Assembly: GCA_963829385.1 (NCBI GenBank)
Contig: CAWHHV010000005.1
Coordinates: 30,593-94,592, forward strand
Length of the DNA stretch: 64,000 nt
Reading direction: 5' to 3'
From: an uncultured Alphaproteobacteria bacterium
GTDB lineage: Bacteria; Pseudomonadota; Alphaproteobacteria; Rhodobacterales; Rhodobacteraceae
Within the stretch, counting starts at the first letter, position 1, and each line of letters starts with the position of its first letter. A program made the position numbers and the translations under genes. This document shows, piece after piece, positions 30,922 through 40,700 of the stretch. The notes below the pieces were generated by a model that saw only the letters and a list, made by a program, of their open reading frames with translations, searched no databases and was not told where the DNA came from.

Positions 30922-31186
30922 TTACTTCTGCGCCGCGATCAAGTCTTCCACCGCCTGCGCCATCGTCCTGACAGTGCTGATGTCGAACTCGGACTTTTCC
31001 GGCTCGTTCGCATTAAATGGAACCTGGATGTCGAAGGCCTCTTCGATCGCGAATACCGTCTCGACCAGACCGAGGGAATCTGATGCCCAGATCCGCCAAC
31101 GTCGCATCGAGCCTCACTTCCGCAGGCTCCAGCACGGCCTGCTCGGCGAGTATCGCGACTACCCTTTCCTGAACGCTGTCGGCCAT
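30922..31186 (-). pseudogene. acyl carrier protein (NodF/AcpXL-like), +1 frameshift immediately before the DSL phosphopantetheine motif
   Basis: ATG 31186 gives MADSVQERVVAILAEQAVLEPAEVRLDATLADLGI, then one extra base near 31081 (atcAgattcc on the coding strand). ..DSLGLVETVFAIEEAFDIQVPFN.. continues in ORF 30922..31107. The span is 265 nt, i.e. 88 codons plus 1. Confidence 0.75.
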
Positions 31187-31213
31187 GCCTACCCCGAAAA
31201 AACCTGCGTCGGT

Positions 31214-32305
31214 CTAATCGGTCGCGCCGGAATTGGAAACCCGTTTCTGCGCACCGTCGAGCCGGGCCAGCGTGCGCGGGAGCCGGCGCAGCGCCTTGAA
31301 CATCGCAATGAATTCGTCGCGCCGGACTGCCGGGTAGCCCATCATGATCCGCCCGTCCGGTATATGGCCCGAGACCGCGGCATTGCCGGTGACGACGACG
31401 CTCCGGCCGATCACCGAGTGATCAGCCACCGAGGCTCGCCCACCCAGCACGCTTCCGTCGCCGATCGAGGCCGAGCCTGCAATCCCGGTGTGACCGCACA
31501 GCAGGCAGCCGCGTCCCACCTGAACATTGTGGCCGACCATCACCAGGTTGTCGATCTTGGTGCCATCGCCGATCGTGGTGTCGGAGATCGTTCCCCGGTC
31601 AATGCACGCGTTCGCGCCGACCTCAACGTCGTCGCCAATCCGAACCGCGCCAAGCGAGTTGATCCTGACATAAGCGCTCCGCTCCTCAGCCGAAATGACT
31701 CCCGTGCCGCGCGCCTCGTCGACGACGCCCGGCCGCGGCGTGACGTACGAGAACCCGTCGCCGCCGATCGCTGCGTTCGGCTGAGCGATGAAGCGGTCGC
31801 CGATCATGACACGCGCGCCGATGCGCGCTCCGGCGTGGATCAACGCGTCCGAGCCAATCCGGGCATCCTCGGCGATGCTCGCATGCGACAGGATGCGGGC
31901 CCGCGGCCCGAGCTTCACCCGCGCGCCGATCACCACGAACGGACCGATCGCGGCCCCCTCCCCGACCTCGGCGCTGGGGTCGATCACCGCGCTCGGATGC
32001 GCGCCCGGCGCAATTTCCGGCGGCCTGTCGAATACCCGCGTGACGCCTGCCAGCACGTAGCGGGGCCTCGGCGCCAGGATCGCCCCTTCGAGACCAAGCG
32101 CCCGCCAATCCGCGTCCGGCCACAGGATGGCGGCGCGAGCCCCGCCCTTGGCAATGGATTCGGCAAAGGCCGGCTGCATCGCCAACGCGATATCGCCTGG
32201 GCCGGCCGAGGCAGGCTCGGCCGCGCCGCTCAGCTTCAGGTCGCCTCGCCCGACGACCTCGGCGCCAAGCGCAGCGCCCAAGTGAGAAAGACTGATCACG
32301 TGCAC
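31214..32305 (-). CDS. LpxD-like UDP-3-O-acylglucosamine N-acyltransferase paralog (left-handed beta-helix)
   Basis: An LpxD-type N-terminal domain is followed by many hexapeptide repeats (..IGARVMIGD..IGDDVEVGANACID..IGDGTKIDNLVMVGHNVQVG..). It is not in the usual bamA-skp-lpxD-fabZ-lpxA context. Confidence 0.7.
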   Translation of the reverse strand: MHVISLSHLGAALGAEVVGRGDLKLSGAAEPASAGPGDIALAMQPAFAESIAKGGARAAILWPDADWRALGLEGAILAPRPRYVLAGVTRVFDRPPEIAPGAHPSAVIDPSAEVGEGAAIGPFVVIGARVKLGPRARILSHASIAEDARIGSDALIHAGARIGARVMIGDRFIAQPNAAIGGDGFSYVTPRPGVVDEARGTGVISAEERSAYVRINSLGAVRIGDDVEVGANACIDRGTISDTTIGDGTKIDNLVMVGHNVQVGRGCLLCGHTGIAGSASIGDGSVLGGRASVADHSVIGRSVVVTGNAAVSGHIPDGRIMMGYPAVRRDEFIAMFKALRRLPRTLARLDGAQKRVSNSGATD

Positions 32306-32349
32306 CCTCTCCCTGCGGCCGGCGCGCCCGCCCAGCCATAGCCGACGGA

Positions 32350-33993
32350 TCAGCCCTGCGCAGCCGGCAATGTCACTCCCAGCGCCGCGAGTGAATCAAA
32401 TACCTTCGCGTCGCGACCGTAGACGTCGAAGCGGTACTGGATGTCGCCTGCGTCGTCGACGAAGACCGTACGGTACGTCAGGTGAACCGGGATCGGCCGG
32501 TCGAGGTTCACCCGACGTTCGGACTTGCCAGCGACCCAGTTCGCGAACGACGCGGCAGGATCGTCGACCTGCCCCTCGAGCAGCAGCGCGGCGAGTTCTG
32601 CGGGGTTTTCCACGCGCACGCAGCCGTTTGAAAGCGCTCGCACGGAGTTGTTGAACAGGGACCGGTTCGGCGTGTCGTGCAGATAGATTGCGAACTGGTT
32701 GGGAAACATGAATTTTACTTCGCCCAACGCATTTGCCGCACTCGGGTTCTGCTTGATGCGAAAAGGGAAATTTCCGACAGACACCTGTGTGAAGTCGACA
32801 AGGCCAGGATCTATTTCGGTTCCGCTGCGCGTATAGAGCCGCATGCCGTTCTTCGCCAGTGTTTGCGGGTCGGCCCGCAGCTTGGGCAGGTACACGCGCC
32901 CGGCGATGCTGTCGGGAATGTGCCAAGTCGGATTCACGACCATGTAGGTCATGTTCTCGGAGAACTCCGGAGTCTGCGTCGCAACCGCGCCGACGATGGT
33001 CCGCGAGCGGAATGCCGTTCGGCCCTCCTCGACTACCCGAACCGAGTAGTCCGGAATGTTGGCGACGATGTAGCGCGTCCCGCGATCGCTGTTCGTCCAT
33101 CGTAGCCGCTCGAGGTTGACCAGCACCTGGCGCATCCGCGCCTCCGGCCCGGCGTTCAGCGCCTGCAACGAACGCTGCCCGGCCAGCCCGTCGGCCTCGA
33201 GGCCGGCATCGGTCTGGAATGCATTCAGAGCCTTTTCCAGCCCTGCGTCGAACACCTCCGGCGCCCCGCGGGCCGGCGCAGCATAACCACGGGCGCCGAG
33301 GCGGCCGCGCAATGCCGCGACCCGCAGGCCTGAATCGCCAAGCCGCAACGTTCCGCCTTCCGGCACTTCCGGACCCCAGTCCGCATCCGCTTCCAACGCC
33401 AGCCGCGCCTTCTCCGCGATCAGCGCCGTGTATTCGGGGGAAGCGGGCGCGAGATCCGCCAGAGCTTGCTCTATCGATCCGGACCCCAGGCGCGCCATAA
33501 GGCTGTCAGGGGACGGACGCCGCGGAGTGATGTTGATCTCCTCATCGACCTGGTTCGGCGTCAGCAAGCCCGATGTGAGGTCGCGCCCGTAGCGAAGGTA
33601 TACGCGCATCGCGAGTATTTCGCCCTCGCCGAGCAAATCCGGATCTGCCGCGCCCGCCGCGAGCGCTTCGCGCAGCGCCGACGGATCGTAGCGACTCGCC
33701 GGAAGGCCCTGCCCGTCCGCGCTCTCGACAGCGGCGAGCAGCGCCGCGCCGCGTGCATGATCCGACCCGGTCCAGTACGGCTCGAAGCCCCGAGCTGCAT
33801 AGAAGCCAAGAATATCGTCGCGCGTTTCCGCGTCGAGACCGCCGGCGGCGCGGATCAGGCCGTCCTGGAGCGCAGACGCCGGCGCCGACAGCCCGACGAC
33901 GCCGGACCCGCCCGTGGGCGCCGCGGGCCCGGCTATGCAGAAGCCCGCGAACGCGAGCGCGATAATAGTCGAAATTTTGCGGTTCGACCGCAT
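32350..33993 (-). CDS. L,D-transpeptidase, YcbB/LdtD-like (PG-binding plus YkuD domains)
   Basis: ..LGDSGLRVAALRGRLGARGY.. is the PG_binding part. ..IYLHDTPNRSLFNNSVRALSNGCVRVENP.. is the catalytic His/Cys. Signal-anchor N-terminus. Start at ATG 33993. Confidence 0.8.
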   Translation of the reverse strand: MRSNRKISTIIALAFAGFCIAGPAAPTGGSGVVGLSAPASALQDGLIRAAGGLDAETRDDILGFYAARGFEPYWTGSDHARGAALLAAVESADGQGLPASRYDPSALREALAAGAADPDLLGEGEILAMRVYLRYGRDLTSGLLTPNQVDEEINITPRRPSPDSLMARLGSGSIEQALADLAPASPEYTALIAEKARLALEADADWGPEVPEGGTLRLGDSGLRVAALRGRLGARGYAAPARGAPEVFDAGLEKALNAFQTDAGLEADGLAGQRSLQALNAGPEARMRQVLVNLERLRWTNSDRGTRYIVANIPDYSVRVVEEGRTAFRSRTIVGAVATQTPEFSENMTYMVVNPTWHIPDSIAGRVYLPKLRADPQTLAKNGMRLYTRSGTEIDPGLVDFTQVSVGNFPFRIKQNPSAANALGEVKFMFPNQFAIYLHDTPNRSLFNNSVRALSNGCVRVENPAELAALLLEGQVDDPAASFANWVAGKSERRVNLDRPIPVHLTYRTVFVDDAGDIQYRFDVYGRDAKVFDSLAALGVTLPAAQG

Positions 33994-34252
33994 GCCTGCC
34001 TCGCTTGACTGCTCTGGTTTTTGGCGAACATTACTCCGTAGATGGTCCCGAAACAAGCAACGCCATGATGGTCAGGGTTGCCCGCTCGATCACAATCAGC
34101 GTTAACGATTCCAGATCGGCGGAAATCCGCCGAAAGTTCTCCCGCAGGCCAAGCATTTCTTTGTGATACGCGGCTTCCATGTCATCAATGACGGACAGGG
34201 GGCACGAGCGAACGATGCTCCCGGGATCAGGCAAATCGAGGCAGTAAACACC

Positions 34253-34807
34253 ATGGATTCAGAGTTCCGCCCCTCCAGAAGGGCGCTGATCGGCGCGTTC
34301 GCGGGCATCGCGACGGTCGCCGCGGCGCCAGTCTACGCCAAGGCCCCCTTCTTCCTGCGCGGCGCCGGCGACGTCCGACGCATCCGTATGTACAGCCAGC
34401 GGACGGGGGAGTCGGTCGACACCGTCTACTACGCCAACGGCCGCTACATCCCCGAGGCCATAACCGAGATCAGTTTCTTCATGCGCGACTGGCGCCAGAA
34501 CGAGGTGCGCAAGTACGATCCGCGCAACGTCGACATCCTCGCCTCGACGCTCAAGATGATGGACACGGAGGAGCCCTACCTCGTGATCTCCGGCTACCGC
34601 ACGCCGGCTACGAACCGGATGCTGCGGGGCGCGGCCTCCAACAGCTACCATATGAAGGCGATGGCTGCCGATGTCCGATTGAAGAGTCGCAGCACGTCGA
34701 ACATCTACAAGGCGGCGCGAGCCAAGAACGGCGGAGGCGTCGGGCTCTACGGACGCTCGAACTTCGTCCACATGGACAGCGGCCCCGTCCGGACCTGGAA
34801 CGGCTGA
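34253..34807 (+). CDS. DUF882 / peptidase M15A (YcbK/MepK-like) with Tat signal
   Basis: MDSEFRPSRRALIGAFAGIATVAAAPVYA (twin-arginine)..ISGYRTPATN..SYHMKAMAADV..FVHMDSGP... Confidence 0.75.
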   Translation: MDSEFRPSRRALIGAFAGIATVAAAPVYAKAPFFLRGAGDVRRIRMYSQRTGESVDTVYYANGRYIPEAITEISFFMRDWRQNEVRKYDPRNVDILASTLKMMDTEEPYLVISGYRTPATNRMLRGAASNSYHMKAMAADVRLKSRSTSNIYKAARAKNGGGVGLYGRSNFVHMDSGPVRTWNG

Positions 34808-35153
34808 GTCCTCGACTCGGCCGGGAGCGCGCTCGACGCGCCTCCCAGCCGGAGCCGGCGCATCGGAATTCGGCCTCATGGACATGCAGACTTTCGGTGC
34901 GGAGCATGAAGCGCGTATGAATGCGTTGAGTGGCCGCTACGAGGTCGCCGCTGCGAAAGCGCCAGAGACCGCCAGCGCAGGACGCCAGGTCAGGGCAAGC
35001 TTTGGAAGAAAACCGCCTCTGCACGCAGGCGATCGTCGGTCCCGGCCCGACGTTCCATTTCGCCGATGATCCGTCTCGCCGGTTTGCACGCCCGAGACGT
35101 GCCGGACCCGGCATCGTGCTTCTCGGAACCGGGCCAGAAGAGACCTCCGGCGC

Positions 35154-35474
35154 TCAGGAATATACTTGCGCCACCTCATACATCACCGGCTCGAAGCTTC
35201 GGCAGAGCGTGGTGATCTCGCGATTGCGCGCGCGCATCTCGGTCGAGCGCAGCATCGCCTGGTAGTCCTCGCGCCGGCTCCACTGCGAATAGTTGGCGAT
35301 CCGGGTCTGCGCGTCGTTGACGTGCAGACCGGCCGAGATGAAGCCGGGCTGGTGACGGATGAAGTTCTCGTAGGCGTCGTTCAGCAGGTCGAGCAGGTCC
35401 TGGCAGGTCCCTGGCGTCATCTCGAAGGTGGTGATAACCGTCTGCAGATCCGCGTCGCTCGATATGGTCGGCAT
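35154..35474 (-). CDS. antibiotic-biosynthesis-monooxygenase (ABM)-fold protein
   Basis: 106 aa: ..VITTFEMTPG..FIRHQPGFISAGLHVNDAQTRIANYSQWSRREDYQAM... Confidence 0.6.
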   Translation of the reverse strand: MPTISSDADLQTVITTFEMTPGTCQDLLDLLNDAYENFIRHQPGFISAGLHVNDAQTRIANYSQWSRREDYQAMLRSTEMRARNREITTLCRSFEPVMYEVAQVYS

Positions 35475-35567
35475 CGGCCTCTCCCCGGGTAGCGCCGCCC
35501 AGGGGGCGGTCGCCCTATCCTATCTGGAACCGGCCCCGCGCTTCAATCTCGCAACGCGCCCTCAGAC

Positions 35568-36143
35568 TCAGAGCCGCTCGAACCCCGGCAGGGCCGCAGC
35601 CGAACTGCTAAGGATCTCGCATACCTGCAAGTTCTCGATCAGCACGACGCCGCCGCAAGGGCCCACCAGATCGAGCCCCACATGGCCGTAGAGCGCGTGT
35701 TGATCCCACAAGAGGTCTGGGCCATCCTCAAGCCGCCGGCCGATCACCGCGCGCAATTCTACGGCAACGCCGTGAGATGGCAGGTCCGACAGCGGGCCCG
35801 ACCGCGGCAGATCAGGAAAGCCGCGTCCGCCGAGACCGCCCGGCCACGCAGCGATCCGCGCCGACGGCAGCGGCCCGCGCAGCGCCTTCAGCCGCGCCCG
35901 CACTTGGATCGCGGCCCCGAACCTGATGGGAAGCTCACCTCGGTAACGCAACCGTTGCACCGGCTCCACCTTGCGGATTTCAAGACAGGTCCCGAAGTCG
36001 GGATCGTCGCGCATGATCCGGGCGGTGTCGCTGGCCTCGTAGCTGGGCGAAGGCGGAGTGCCATCACCCCGCGACCAGTCGCAGAGGCCATCGACGAAAG
36101 GCGGAGGCGTAAGATCGCGCGCTGCTGCGACAACTGCGGTCAT
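35568..36143 (-). CDS. hypothetical protein, no recognised domain
   Basis: ORF with coding-like composition. Start chosen at ATG 36143. No motif recognised. Confidence 0.4.
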   Translation of the reverse strand: MTAVVAAARDLTPPPFVDGLCDWSRGDGTPPSPSYEASDTARIMRDDPDFGTCLEIRKVEPVQRLRYRGELPIRFGAAIQVRARLKALRGPLPSARIAAWPGGLGGRGFPDLPRSGPLSDLPSHGVAVELRAVIGRRLEDGPDLLWDQHALYGHVGLDLVGPCGGVVLIENLQVCEILSSSAAALPGFERL

Positions 36144-36245
36144 GTGGATCCTGTGCGTGACGTCCGGCCGGGCGTTCGGCCGAGGCCGCACCCTGGCACA
36201 AGCCGGTTAACGCCTGGTTAACCATTGCGCCGCGCCGCGAGGCGC

Positions 36246-36671
36246 TCAGGCGCCGGCGTCGCCGGAGCGACGAACGGTGACCCCATTTATGCGCCAGCCA
36301 TCTTCTCCCGGCACCATAGCATAGTCGAGCACGTGGAGCGCGCCTTGCCTGTCGATCACGATCACGCTCTGCACCGCTTCACCGCCACGCTCCTCGATGC
36401 CGGCGAACCGGACTCGCGCCGGCTTCCAGACCATCGGATAGCCGCGCACCACCATGCGCCGGAACGCTGCGGTCGAGCGGATCGCCCGACGAATGGCGGG
36501 CGAAGCATAGGCGAAGGCGGCCTCGAAATCATCCGCCTCCATCGCCTCGATCTGATTCGTAATCGCCGACCGGATTGCTTCGGCCCGCGCATCCAATCCA
36601 GGCTCCTGCGCCGGGACGTGACCGGCCGCCATGCCCAGGAGCAATGTCCCGAGGATCACGCCACGCAACAT
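36246..36671 (-). CDS. secreted DUF4864-like protein
   Basis: Signal peptide MLRGVILGTLLLGMAAGHVPA, then ..IEAMEADDFEAAFAYASPAIR... The family name is from memory. Confidence 0.5.
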   Translation of the reverse strand: MLRGVILGTLLLGMAAGHVPAQEPGLDARAEAIRSAITNQIEAMEADDFEAAFAYASPAIRRAIRSTAAFRRMVVRGYPMVWKPARVRFAGIEERGGEAVQSVIVIDRQGALHVLDYAMVPGEDGWRINGVTVRRSGDAGA

Positions 36672-36819
36672 GACCAACCTCCGCTGAACATGCCCATCAC
36701 CTGTTGCAATGCGCCCCGCTGTCAACAATCACTTCGCGTCTTGGTTGACGGCTCGCTTGAATGCCGCTTTTACGAGCAAAATTGCTGGCGCCTCGCTGAT
36801 ACGTTGTGCGACGCGCGAC

Positions 36820-37614
36820 CTAGCCGGACCGGCTTCGCAGCCGCCGCTCGAGCGCGCGCAGCGCCAGCGACAGGCCGATCGTCATCGCGAGGTAGAAGAA
36901 CGCGACAACGTTGTAGGTCTCGAAGAACCGGAACGAGCCCGCCGCGTAGATCTTGCCAAGCTGCGTGATGTCGGTCACGCCGAGCACCGACACCAGCGCG
37001 CTGTCCTTGACCAGCGCCACGAAGTCGTTGCCGAGCGGCGGCAGGATCGTCCGGATCGCCTGCGGGAACACAATGAGCCGGAAGCGCTGCCAGCCGCCGA
37101 GCCCCAGCGCCTTGGCCGCCTCGATCTGGCCGGGATCGACCGACTGGATGCCGGCGCGGAACACCTCCGCCAGAAACGCCGAGTACCCGATCGCCAGCGC
37201 GAGGATCGCCCGCCACATCAGCGACAGGTCCCGCGTCAGCATCGGCTCCAGCCCCAGCGGCGCCGCGAGCGCGTTCCAGCCCGCGACCAGCGCCGGCGCG
37301 CCGACGAAGGCGATGTAGAAGAGCAGCACCAGGATCGGCACGCCGCGCACGATCTCGACGTAGAACCGCGCCGCCTGGCGCAGCACGGTCGAGCCCGACA
37401 GCAGCGCGACCGCCAGCAGCAGCCCCGCGGCCGACGCCAGCGCAAAGGCGATCCCCGTCACCCGGATCGTCACGCCGACGCCCTTCCACAGCGTCGCCGC
37501 GATCTGCGCGTAGACCGGGTCGCGGAAGATCGCGACGGCGAAGGCGCCGCCGATCAGCGCGGCGGCCAGCAGCCACCACGGGAATTCGGCGCCGCCGCCC
37601 TTCTTTTCCGTCAA
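36820..37614 (-). CDS. amino-acid ABC transporter permease
   Basis: Multi-TM protein with EAA loop ..IEAAKALGLGGWQRFRLIVFPQAIR... Confidence 0.85.
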   Translation of the reverse strand: MTEKKGGGAEFPWWLLAAALIGGAFAVAIFRDPVYAQIAATLWKGVGVTIRVTGIAFALASAAGLLLAVALLSGSTVLRQAARFYVEIVRGVPILVLLFYIAFVGAPALVAGWNALAAPLGLEPMLTRDLSLMWRAILALAIGYSAFLAEVFRAGIQSVDPGQIEAAKALGLGGWQRFRLIVFPQAIRTILPPLGNDFVALVKDSALVSVLGVTDITQLGKIYAAGSFRFFETYNVVAFFYLAMTIGLSLALRALERRLRSRSG

Positions 37615-37623
37615 GACGCGGCC

Positions 37624-38421
37624 CTACTCGCCCATCTTGTAGTCGAGGAACCACTTCACGTTCAGCGCCTCTAGCGTGCCGTCCGCCTTCATCTCGGCGA
37701 TCGCGGCGTTGATCGGAGCGACCAGATCGGAGTCCTTCGGAAAGATGAAGCCGAAATCCTCCGACCCCATCGGCTCGCCGACCAGCTTGAACGCCTCGGG
37801 GTTGGCCGCGACATAGCCGTTGCCGGCGGTCCCGTCGGTCAGCACGAGGTCGACGTCGCCGGACCGCAGCGCCTGCACGCTGGCCCCGAAGGTCTCGAAC
37901 AGCTTGACGCGCGGGTTCGCCTCGTTTCCGTCGAGCAGGTCGTAGACCGCGACGTAGAACGGCGTCGTGCCGGCCTGCGCGCCGACCAGCCCCTGCTCGA
38001 AGGTCATGAAACTCTCGGCGTCGTCGAAGCGGTCCTCGTCGGCGCGCACCAGCATGAACATCTCCGAGCGCATGTAGGGGTCGGAGAAGTCGACAACCTG
38101 CGCGCGGTCGTCCCTGATCGTGATCCCCGTCATGCCGATGTCGTACTGGCCTTCCGCGACCGCCGGGATCATCGCGTCCCAGCTCGTGTTCTGGTAGCTC
38201 ACCGACATGTCGAGCCGCCGCGCGATCTCGGCCATCGCGTCGTATTCCCAGCCGATCGCGTCTCCGGTTCCGGGCGCCACGAACTGCAGCGGCGGGTAGG
38301 CGTTCTCGGTGACGACGACGACCTCGCGGCCGCCGAGGTCCGGCAGGTCGGCTCGCGCGTCGGCCGGCGCGAGCGCCAGCAGGACGACGAGGATCAGGCT
38401 CTTGGGCAGGATCGGGCGCAT
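37624..38421 (-). CDS. amino-acid ABC transporter periplasmic binding protein (family 3)
   Basis: Signal peptide [24 protein letters not shown], then ..[32 protein letters not shown]... Confidence 0.8.
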   Translation of the reverse strand: MRPILPKSLILVVLLALAPADARADLPDLGGREVVVVTENAYPPLQFVAPGTGDAIGWEYDAMAEIARRLDMSVSYQNTSWDAMIPAVAEGQYDIGMTGITIRDDRAQVVDFSDPYMRSEMFMLVRADEDRFDDAESFMTFEQGLVGAQAGTTPFYVAVYDLLDGNEANPRVKLFETFGASVQALRSGDVDLVLTDGTAGNGYVAANPEAFKLVGEPMGSEDFGFIFPKDSDLVAPINAAIAEMKADGTLEALNVKWFLDYKMGE

Positions 38422-38494
38422 CGGCGGGCCTTCCAGCGGTTGAACGGAACGTGGCGAAGAATGATCGCTCGCGCGGCGCGGAGCAAGGCCGGGC

Positions 38495-39625
38495 TCAGAG
38501 CGCCGCAGCCAGCGCGGCCAGCAGCCGGTCGGCGTCTTCGTCGTCGTTGTAGAGATGCGGCGTAACCCGCAGCGACGCGCCGCGCAGGCTGACATGCACG
38601 CCGGCGGCGGCGAGCTTCTCGGGGAGACCTGCAGGCGGACCTTCCGGAAACCCGAGGCCGAGGAAATGCCCGGCCCGCAGCGCCGGATCGGACGCGGTCA
38701 GACCGAGGTCCGCCGCGCGCCGCGCGATCGCCTCGGTCTTCGCGCGCAGCGTCGCCTGGATCGCTGCCGGATCCCAGTCGATCAGCCGCTCCAGCGCGAC
38801 ACAGGCGGCGGGCAGCAGGCCGAAGTTCGGCGCCTCGCCCATGTCGAAGCGCCGGGCGCCGGGGCGGTAGCCGGTCGAGGGCTCCACCAGCCGCGTGAAG
38901 TCCTCGGACCCGCTCCGGCCCAGCCAATGCTCCTCGAGCGGCCGCCCCTCCCGGCGCCGGGGCGCGACATGGAGAAACCCGACGGCATAGGGGCCCATCA
39001 GCCACTTATAGGCGGCGGCGACCAGGAAGTCCGGCTGCACCGCATCCATGTCGAACGGCGACGCGCCCGCCGATTGCGTCAGGTCGAGCGCCAGCGCAGC
39101 GCCCGCCGCGCGCGCAGCTTCGCCGACCCGCACGAGGTCGATCAGCGCGCCGTCGGTCCAGCGGCACTGCCCGCAGGCGACGATCGCGGTGCGCGCGTCG
39201 ATCGCGTCGAGGAAACCCGCAGTGAGGTCGCCGCCGATGGCGCGGGCGATCACGACCTCTGCCCCGACCTCTGCGGCGCGCGCCCGCCACGGGTTCACGT
39301 TCGACGGGAACTGGTCCTCGGCGATGACGATGGTCCGGCCTGCGCCCAGCGGCAGGTTGCGGCAGGCGGTCGCGAGGCCATAGCTCGCCGCCGGGACCAG
39401 GGCAACGCCCTCGGCGTCGCATCCGATCAGCCGGGCGAACAGGTCGCGGGCGCGCTCGGTCTCCGAAAAGAAGTCCGCCGGCCGGATCGACCACGGGCGC
39501 GCCTTGCGCGCCAGCGCCGCCTGCCCCGCCGCGACGGCCTCGTGCGGCAGGGGCGACATGTACGCGCAGTTCAGGTAGGCGACGTCGCGCGGAATGTCGA
39601 AGAGATGGCGCTGCGACGGGATCAC
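38495..39625 (-). CDS. class V aminotransferase / cysteine desulfurase-like PLP enzyme
   Basis: ..[29 protein letters not shown] (PLP Lys)... GTG start at 39625 overlaps the upstream stop (GTGA). Confidence 0.75.
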   Translation of the reverse strand: MIPSQRHLFDIPRDVAYLNCAYMSPLPHEAVAAGQAALARKARPWSIRPADFFSETERARDLFARLIGCDAEGVALVPAASYGLATACRNLPLGAGRTIVIAEDQFPSNVNPWRARAAEVGAEVVIARAIGGDLTAGFLDAIDARTAIVACGQCRWTDGALIDLVRVGEAARAAGAALALDLTQSAGASPFDMDAVQPDFLVAAAYKWLMGPYAVGFLHVAPRRREGRPLEEHWLGRSGSEDFTRLVEPSTGYRPGARRFDMGEAPNFGLLPAACVALERLIDWDPAAIQATLRAKTEAIARRAADLGLTASDPALRAGHFLGLGFPEGPPAGLPEKLAAAGVHVSLRGASLRVTPHLYNDDEDADRLLAALAAAL

Positions 39626-40629
39626 CGGACCATCCCCAGCCGCGGAGCGGGACCGATCGGGACCGGTCCCAGCCGCATCACGCCGCCTGCGAACTCCAGC
39701 GGCGCGTCTAGCGTGCGACTGTCGCCGCCGAGCCGCGCCAGCAGGCCGAGGCCAGCGCGCAATGCGCTGGCGACGCTTCCGTTCAGCGCGCCCGAGGACT
39801 GCGCCATGTCGAGCATGTCCTCCCAGTTGCGCGCGCGCAGGTTGATCCGGCCTTCGGCGAACCCCGCGCCGTCGACGCGAAGCGCCCCCTGCCCGCGCAG
39901 GTCGAGCCGCCCCCAGTTCAGCGACACGTCGCGGATCTCGAGCGCCTCGAGCGCCGGCGGCTCGCCCTCGACGGCAGGGCGGTCCAAGGCGCGGTCGAAG
40001 GTCGCCGCGCCGTCGAACCGGACCTGCTCGATCACCTCCGACAGCACGCCCGCGCGGTCCACGCCCCATTGCTCGGGCAAAGACATCCCCTCCGCCGACA
40101 GCGCGAGGTCGTAGGTGAAGGGCGGCGCGCTTGCATCCTCGGACTGCCGCGCCGAAACCAGCCCCGCGTCGACGCCGAGGCTCCAGCCCAGATCGTCCGC
40201 CAGCGTCAGGTCGTCCAGCTCGACCGTCGCGCGCCGCAGCGCCAGCTGCAGGTTCGGCTCGACCACGACCGATCCCTGCATCGTCTCGGACGTGATCCGC
40301 GTCGTGCCGAGCGGCGTCGAGAAGCTCTGTTCCTGCGGCCAGAACGCGATTAGGTGGTTCGGCTGGTAGGCGAGCGTCAGGAACTGGAACTCCGGCGCGC
40401 TCCAGGCCCAGCCGACGTCCGGGTTCGCGAGATGCAGCACCGACACCGTCGTGTCGACCCGGTACGGGAACCCGGCCACGTCGACCGCGCTGGCCTCCGC
40501 AACCCAGCCCTCAGCCCGCCGCTCGGCCAGCCAGCCCTCGATCGCGCGCTCCTTGGCGTAGGCGACGAAGAACCACCATCCGGTCCAGGCCAGCGCCGCC
40601 AGCGCCAAGATTGCCAACATGATGCGCAT
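39622..40629 (-). CDS. DUF2125-like membrane-anchored protein
   Basis: N-terminal TM MRIMLAILALAALAWTGWWFFVAY, then a 300-aa periplasmic region. The family name is from memory. Confidence 0.55.
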   Translation of the reverse strand: MRIMLAILALAALAWTGWWFFVAYAKERAIEGWLAERRAEGWVAEASAVDVAGFPYRVDTTVSVLHLANPDVGWAWSAPEFQFLTLAYQPNHLIAFWPQEQSFSTPLGTTRITSETMQGSVVVEPNLQLALRRATVELDDLTLADDLGWSLGVDAGLVSARQSEDASAPPFTYDLALSAEGMSLPEQWGVDRAGVLSEVIEQVRFDGAATFDRALDRPAVEGEPPALEALEIRDVSLNWGRLDLRGQGALRVDGAGFAEGRINLRARNWEDMLDMAQSSGALNGSVASALRAGLGLLARLGGDSRTLDAPLEFAGGVMRLGPVPIGPAPRLGMVR

Positions 40630-40700
40630 GGACTACCCCTCGCCGACCGAAACGCTGCTTACCGCAAGCCCCCGCCCGGGAACAGGGGGCGCAGGACGGA

